NCBI GenBank assembly: GCA_963771275.1
Contig: CAVYSW010000010.1
Location: forward strand, 384,001-448,000
Length of the DNA: 64,000 nucleotides
Direction: 5' to 3'
Origin: an uncultured Gemmatimonadales bacterium
GTDB taxonomy: Bacteria; Gemmatimonadota; Gemmatimonadetes; Gemmatimonadales; GWC2-71-9
Shown: positions 60,008 through 64,000 of the stretch, piece by piece
Layout of the letters: every line of letters begins with the position of its first letter
Numbering within the stretch: position 1 is the stretch's first letter
The notes under the pieces: model-generated
Told to the model about the DNA's origin: nothing
Databases searched by the model: none
Seen by the model: the letters and a program-made list of their open reading frames with translations, nothing else
Made by a program: the position numbers and the translations under genes

Positions 60008-61545
60008 AGCCCTCGATGCAGCAGACGACGTCGCTGCGCCAGGAGCTGCGAATGAACCCGCGGCTCTATCAGGCGATGGACCTGCTGTACATGCCGCTGC
60101 TCGACCTGCAGCAGCACCTCAAGCAGGAGTTGCTGGTGAACCCGTTCCTCGAGCTGATCGAGCCCGAGGACGAGGCGCCGCTCGACGAGGTCCCCGACAC
60201 GGAGCGGGAGCGGGAGGAGGCCAAGAAGGAGGAGGAGACGAACTGGGAGGACATCATCCTCGACGGGTTCCAGGTGGGTGGGTCCGGGGCCCGCGACCTG
60301 AGCGGGTCCGACGAGATGTTCGAACGGGTGCCGGTGCAGAGCCGTGCGCTCACGGATCACCTGCACGACCAGCTCCTCATGCTCGAGCTCACCGACCGGC
60401 AGCGGCTGCTGGCGGATGAGTTCCTCGGCAACCTGGGTGACGATGGCTACCTCCACAGCACGCTCGAGGAGGTCGTGGCGGGAGCGAACACGTGGCTCGA
60501 TGGCCGGCGCGCGCCGGAACCGGAGGAAGGCGAGGAGGCGGACGACGCCGGAGAGGATGCCGCAGCGGCGCCGTCCGTCCCCGACCCCTCCTCCACCTCT
60601 GCCGCTCCTGGCGAGCCGGCGCCCTATACCCTCGCCGACGCCGAAGAGATGCTGCGCATCATCCAGCAGCTCGATCCCCCCGGCATCGGTGCGCGCGACC
60701 TGCGGGAATGCCTGTTGCTCCAGCTCGACGAGCTGGAGATGCGCGACACCCTGACCTACCGATTGGTGTTCGATGCCTTCGCCGACCTGATCGGCCATCG
60801 CTGGAGCGACATCGCCAAGCGCTTCGGGATCGACCCCAAGACGGTGCAGGACGCGGCCGACGAGCTGGCGAAGCTCGATCCCAAGCCGGGACTCCGGTAT
60901 CTGCCCTCCGACGATGAATACGTCGTCCCAGACCTCATCGTGGAGAAGATCGACGGTGTCTACCGGGTGTTCCTCAACGACGGGGGCATGCCCCGGCTGC
61001 GGATCAGCCGGGTCTACCAGGACCTCGCCGCCGACAAGAAGCAATTCACCGGGGAGACACGCGAGTTCATCACCGAGAAGCTGAATGGCGCGCAGTGGCT
61101 GATCCAGGCCATCGAGCAGCGCCGCCAGACGATGCTCAAGGTGATGCACTTCATCGTGGACCGGCAGCGCGAGTTCTTCGAGAAGGGCATCGAGTACCTC
61201 CGGCCCCTCACCCTCCGCGAGGTGGCGGAGGTGATCAGCATGCACGAGTCCACCGTGAGCCGGGTCACGAATCAGAAGTACGTGCAGACGCCGCGCGGTG
61301 TCTTCCCGCTCAAGTTCTTCTTCTCGAGCAGCCTGGAGACGACCTCCGGGGAGGACGCGAGCGCCCGATCGGTGCGGGCGCAGATCCAGAAGCTCGTGGC
61401 GGACGAGCAGGCCGGGCGGCCGCTCACCGACGCCGAAATCGTCGACGCGCTGCGGGATCGCGGCGTGCGGATCGCGCGCCGCACGGTGGCCAAGTACCGC
61501 GACCAGCTCGGGATTCTGCCTGCCCGGATGCGGAAGCGCCTATGA
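60004..61545 (+). CDS. rpoN: RNA polymerase sigma-54 factor
   Basis: Q-rich region I, LDPPGIGARDLRECL, MHESTVSRV, and the RpoN box ARRTVAKYR. Confidence 0.97.
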   Translation: MKPSMQQTTSLRQELRMNPRLYQAMDLLYMPLLDLQQHLKQELLVNPFLELIEPEDEAPLDEVPDTEREREEAKKEEETNWEDIILDGFQVGGSGARDLSGSDEMFERVPVQSRALTDHLHDQLLMLELTDRQRLLADEFLGNLGDDGYLHSTLEEVVAGANTWLDGRRAPEPEEGEEADDAGEDAAAAPSVPDPSSTSAAPGEPAPYTLADAEEMLRIIQQLDPPGIGARDLRECLLLQLDELEMRDTLTYRLVFDAFADLIGHRWSDIAKRFGIDPKTVQDAADELAKLDPKPGLRYLPSDDEYVVPDLIVEKIDGVYRVFLNDGGMPRLRISRVYQDLAADKKQFTGETREFITEKLNGAQWLIQAIEQRRQTMLKVMHFIVDRQREFFEKGIEYLRPLTLREVAEVISMHESTVSRVTNQKYVQTPRGVFPLKFFFSSSLETTSGEDASARSVRAQIQKLVADEQAGRPLTDAEIVDALRDRGVRIARRTVAKYRDQLGILPARMRKRL

Positions 61546-62507
61546 CCCTCGTGCGCCGCGGCGAGCCCGCGGAGATCAGCGTCCTCGTGCCGGCCAAGGA
61601 CGAGGCCGAGAACCTCCCCGAGTTCGTGCGGCAATGTGCCGACGCGCTCCGGCGCGAGCCCTACCCGGTCGAGCTGGTCGTGGTCAACGACGGGAGCGAC
61701 GACGACACCGCGGAGGTGCTCCAACGCCTCGCCGCGGAGCACGCGTTCCTCCGGGTCGTGACCCATCGGGCCCAACGCGGCATCGCGGACGCGCTGCGCT
61801 CGGCGGCCGAGGCGGCGACCGGCCGGATCTTCGTATTCTACCCGGCCGACCTGCAGTTCCTGCCGGCCGAGATCCCGCGACTGGTGGGACCGATCCGCTC
61901 CGGCGAAGCGGACATCGTGACGGGGACGAAGCAGGGAAACTACGAGAAGGCGTTCGTGTCGCGGATCTACAACTGGCTGTGCCGCTGGTTGTTCGGCATT
62001 CGGGTTACGGACCTGAACGCCGTCAAGGCATATCGGCGCGAGGTGGCGCTCACCGTGCCACCGCGCCCCGACTGGCATCGCTTCATGGTGGTGATCGGCG
62101 CGGCGGACGGGTTTCGCGTGACCGAGCGCCCCGTGACGCTGCTGCCGCGCCGTGCCGGACGCTCGAAGTTCGGGCTCGGCCGCATCCCCGTGGGCGTGCT
62201 GGATCTGCTCTCAGTGTGGTTCCAGCTCCGCTTCGGGCGCAAGCCCCTGCTGTTCTTCGGCCTGTCGGGCATGATCCTCTTCCTGATCGGCTTCCTCGCC
62301 GGTGTCGCCGCGTTCGTGCTCCGGTTCGCGTTCGGCTACGGTTTCCGACCGTTGCTGTATCTGGTGATCACGCTCGTCGTGTCCGGCATCGCGCTGTTCG
62401 GATTCGGATTCGTGGGAGAGATGATCGCCGGGAGTCGCGAGGAGATGCGCGCGCTATCGCGGTCGGTCGACCGCCTGGCAGCGGAGATGGAGCGCCGCCG
62501 CTCGTAG
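61542..62507 (+). CDS. Glycosyltransferase family 2 (ArnC/DPM-like, two C-terminal TM helices)
   Basis: ISVLVPAKDEAENL, VVVNDGSDD, PADLQ, RRAGRSKFG, and C-terminal TM segments. Confidence 0.9.
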   Translation: MTLVRRGEPAEISVLVPAKDEAENLPEFVRQCADALRREPYPVELVVVNDGSDDDTAEVLQRLAAEHAFLRVVTHRAQRGIADALRSAAEAATGRIFVFYPADLQFLPAEIPRLVGPIRSGEADIVTGTKQGNYEKAFVSRIYNWLCRWLFGIRVTDLNAVKAYRREVALTVPPRPDWHRFMVVIGAADGFRVTERPVTLLPRRAGRSKFGLGRIPVGVLDLLSVWFQLRFGRKPLLFFGLSGMILFLIGFLAGVAAFVLRFAFGYGFRPLLYLVITLVVSGIALFGFGFVGEMIAGSREEMRALSRSVDRLAAEMERRRS

Positions 62508-62552
62508 CGGGAAGGCCGGTGCGCGGTGGGGCACCCGCACCGGGCAGGGCGC

Positions 62553-63263
62553 CTACGGGTGCCGCAGCGCCTCCAGCGTCGCTTCGTCCCGGCTCAGCTC
62601 CTCGAAGTGATCGCGTGTCTCGAGAGCCCGCCAAAACTCCTTGATCTCGTAGGCGGCCACCGTGCCTCCGCTGCCGCGCACGCGGTCGGCGAGCTCCGGC
62701 ATGGTCATGGGAGCGTCCGCGCGCAGCAGGGCGACCGCCTCGGGGGAGACGCAGTACACGCCCGCGCTCACCGGATAGACGAAGGTCGGCTTCTCGGTGA
62801 TCCCGACAACCCGTGCCTCCACCAGCTCGAGAATCCCGAACGGGCTCTGGTAGGTGTGATGCACGTAGCCGATCGTGAGCAGCGCGCCCTGGTCGCGGTG
62901 AAACCGCGCCAGCTTGGCGAAGTCCAGCCGGGTGACCACGTCGCCGTTGGTGACCAGGAATGGCTCGACCGGGTCGAGAAACGGGCGGCACAGCGTGAGC
63001 GGGCCGGCGGTGCCCAGTGGCCGCGACTCCTCCACGTAGTCGATCCGCACCCCGAACCGGCGGCCGTCCCCGCAATACGCCCGGATCAGCTCCGCCTGGT
63101 AGCCGAGGGCTACGACGATCTCCGTCACGCCGCAGCGCACGAGCTGCGCGATGATGTAGTCGAGCAGCGGACGATCGCCCAGGGGCAGCAGCGGCTTGGG
63201 GACCGTGAAGGTGTAGGGGCGGAGCCGGCTGCCCTGACCCCCGGCGAGCACGATGGCCTTCAT
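62553..63263 (-). CDS. Sugar-phosphate nucleotidyltransferase
   Basis: MKAIVLAGGQGSRLRPYT...PKPLLP, EESRPLGTAG, VTNGD, EKP. Confidence 0.92.
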   Translation of the reverse strand: MKAIVLAGGQGSRLRPYTFTVPKPLLPLGDRPLLDYIIAQLVRCGVTEIVVALGYQAELIRAYCGDGRRFGVRIDYVEESRPLGTAGPLTLCRPFLDPVEPFLVTNGDVVTRLDFAKLARFHRDQGALLTIGYVHHTYQSPFGILELVEARVVGITEKPTFVYPVSAGVYCVSPEAVALLRADAPMTMPELADRVRGSGGTVAAYEIKEFWRALETRDHFEELSRDEATLEALRHP

Positions 63264-64000
63264 ATGGCGTACGCGTCCGGGCGGTAGGCGTCGAGATGCG
63301 CGCCGATCCACGCCGTCGTGCGACGGATGCCCTCCTCGAACGCCACGGCCGGTCGATAGCCCAGCAGGCGTTCGGCCTTGGTGATGTCGGCGCACAGCCG
63401 CGTGACTTCGCTCTTGTCGGGTCGGAGCCTTCGCTCGTCACGGACCACGCGGACGTCCTTGCCCACCACCGCGATGATCAGGCGGATCGCGTCATCGATG
63501 CTCGTCTCTCGGCCGGTCCCGATGTTGACGACCTCCCCGATGGAGGTTGCCGACTCCGCGGCGAGCAGGAAGCCTCGGACGGTGTCGTCGACGAACGTGA
63601 AGTCCCGCGTCGTCGAGGTCGCGCCGATCCTGATCTCGGCCCCGGCCAGCGCCTGTGTGATGACCGTGGGGATCACGGCCCGCGCGGACTGCCGCGGTCC
63701 GAAGGTGTTGAACGGTCGCACGATCGTGACCGGGAGATCGAACGAGTAGTGGTAGCTGAGCGCCACGTGGTCGGTGGCGATCTTGCTGGCCGAGTAGGGC
63801 GACTGCGGCTGGAGGGGGTGCGTCTCGGGAATCGGGATCTGCCGGGCGGAGCCGTACACCTCGCTCGTGGACGTCTGGACGAGCCGCGCGACCCCCATGT
63901 CTCGGGCCACGCTCAGCACGTTGAGGGTCGCGAGGACGTTGTTGAGGACGGCGTCGTGGGGGTGCGCGTACGAATACGGAATGCCCACAAACGCCGCGAG
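63260..64000 (-). CDS. NAD-dependent nucleotide-sugar 4,6-dehydratase/epimerase (LegB-like); 5' end outside the window
   Basis: GIPYSY, TSTSEVYG, QSPYSASK, RPFNTFGPRQSARAVIPT, RLRPDKSEV. Confidence 0.9.
   Translation of the reverse strand, partial: LAAFVGIPYSYAHPHDAVLNNVLATLNVLSVARDMGVARLVQTSTSEVYGSARQIPIPETHPLQPQSPYSASKIATDHVALSYHYSFDLPVTIVRPFNTFGPRQSARAVIPTVITQALAGAEIRIGATSTTRDFTFVDDTVRGFLLAAESATSIGEVVNIGTGRETSIDDAIRLIIAVVGKDVRVVRDERRLRPDKSEVTRLCADITKAERLLGYRPAVAFEEGIRRTTAWIGAHLDAYRPDAYAI

Overview
High-GC bacterial chromosome segment made up mostly of housekeeping genes. The gene order and protein style suggest the phylum Gemmatimonadota (inference). Contents in order: a partial beta-propeller lipoprotein; a GNAT / OSBS-NSAR / M20 operon; two hypothetical envelope proteins; dcd; a complete nuoA-N complex I operon; PMM/PGM, a UPF0182 protein, carbamate kinase, sucCD, an EIIA-CBS fusion and ndk; yceD-rpmF-plsX-fabHDG-acpP-fabF; purE; a five-gene ECF sigma cluster; guaA, an AMMECR1 protein, a hemerythrin, an ion antiporter-like permease, a large glycoside-hydrolase-like protein, mntH and a USP; ispF-dedA-xerD-trpG/pabA; kdsB-pyrG-kdsA-kdsC-lptC-lptA-like-lptB-rpoN-GT2; and the tail of a sugar-nucleotide operon. 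I found no rRNA, tRNA, CRISPR array or mobile element. The best candidate for an undescribed system is 36049-40051. It encodes a DUF4382-like lipoprotein, an ECF sigma factor, a membrane anti-sigma with an extracytoplasmic glycogen-binding (CBM48/AMPK-beta-like) domain, a secreted helical protein, and a beta-rich exported protein with a second such domain. Together these suggest a trans-envelope alpha-glucan sensing system. Other notable signals: an LptB with a ~145-aa extra N-terminal domain next to a very long LptA-like protein; a translationally coupled 22-codon mini-ORF inside the nuo operon; recurrent leaderless-type promoters; candidate Rex and Rrf2-type operators; and three single-base anomalies that share a CTCT context and are probably sequencing errors. 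All family calls come from motif recognition by eye, with no database search.
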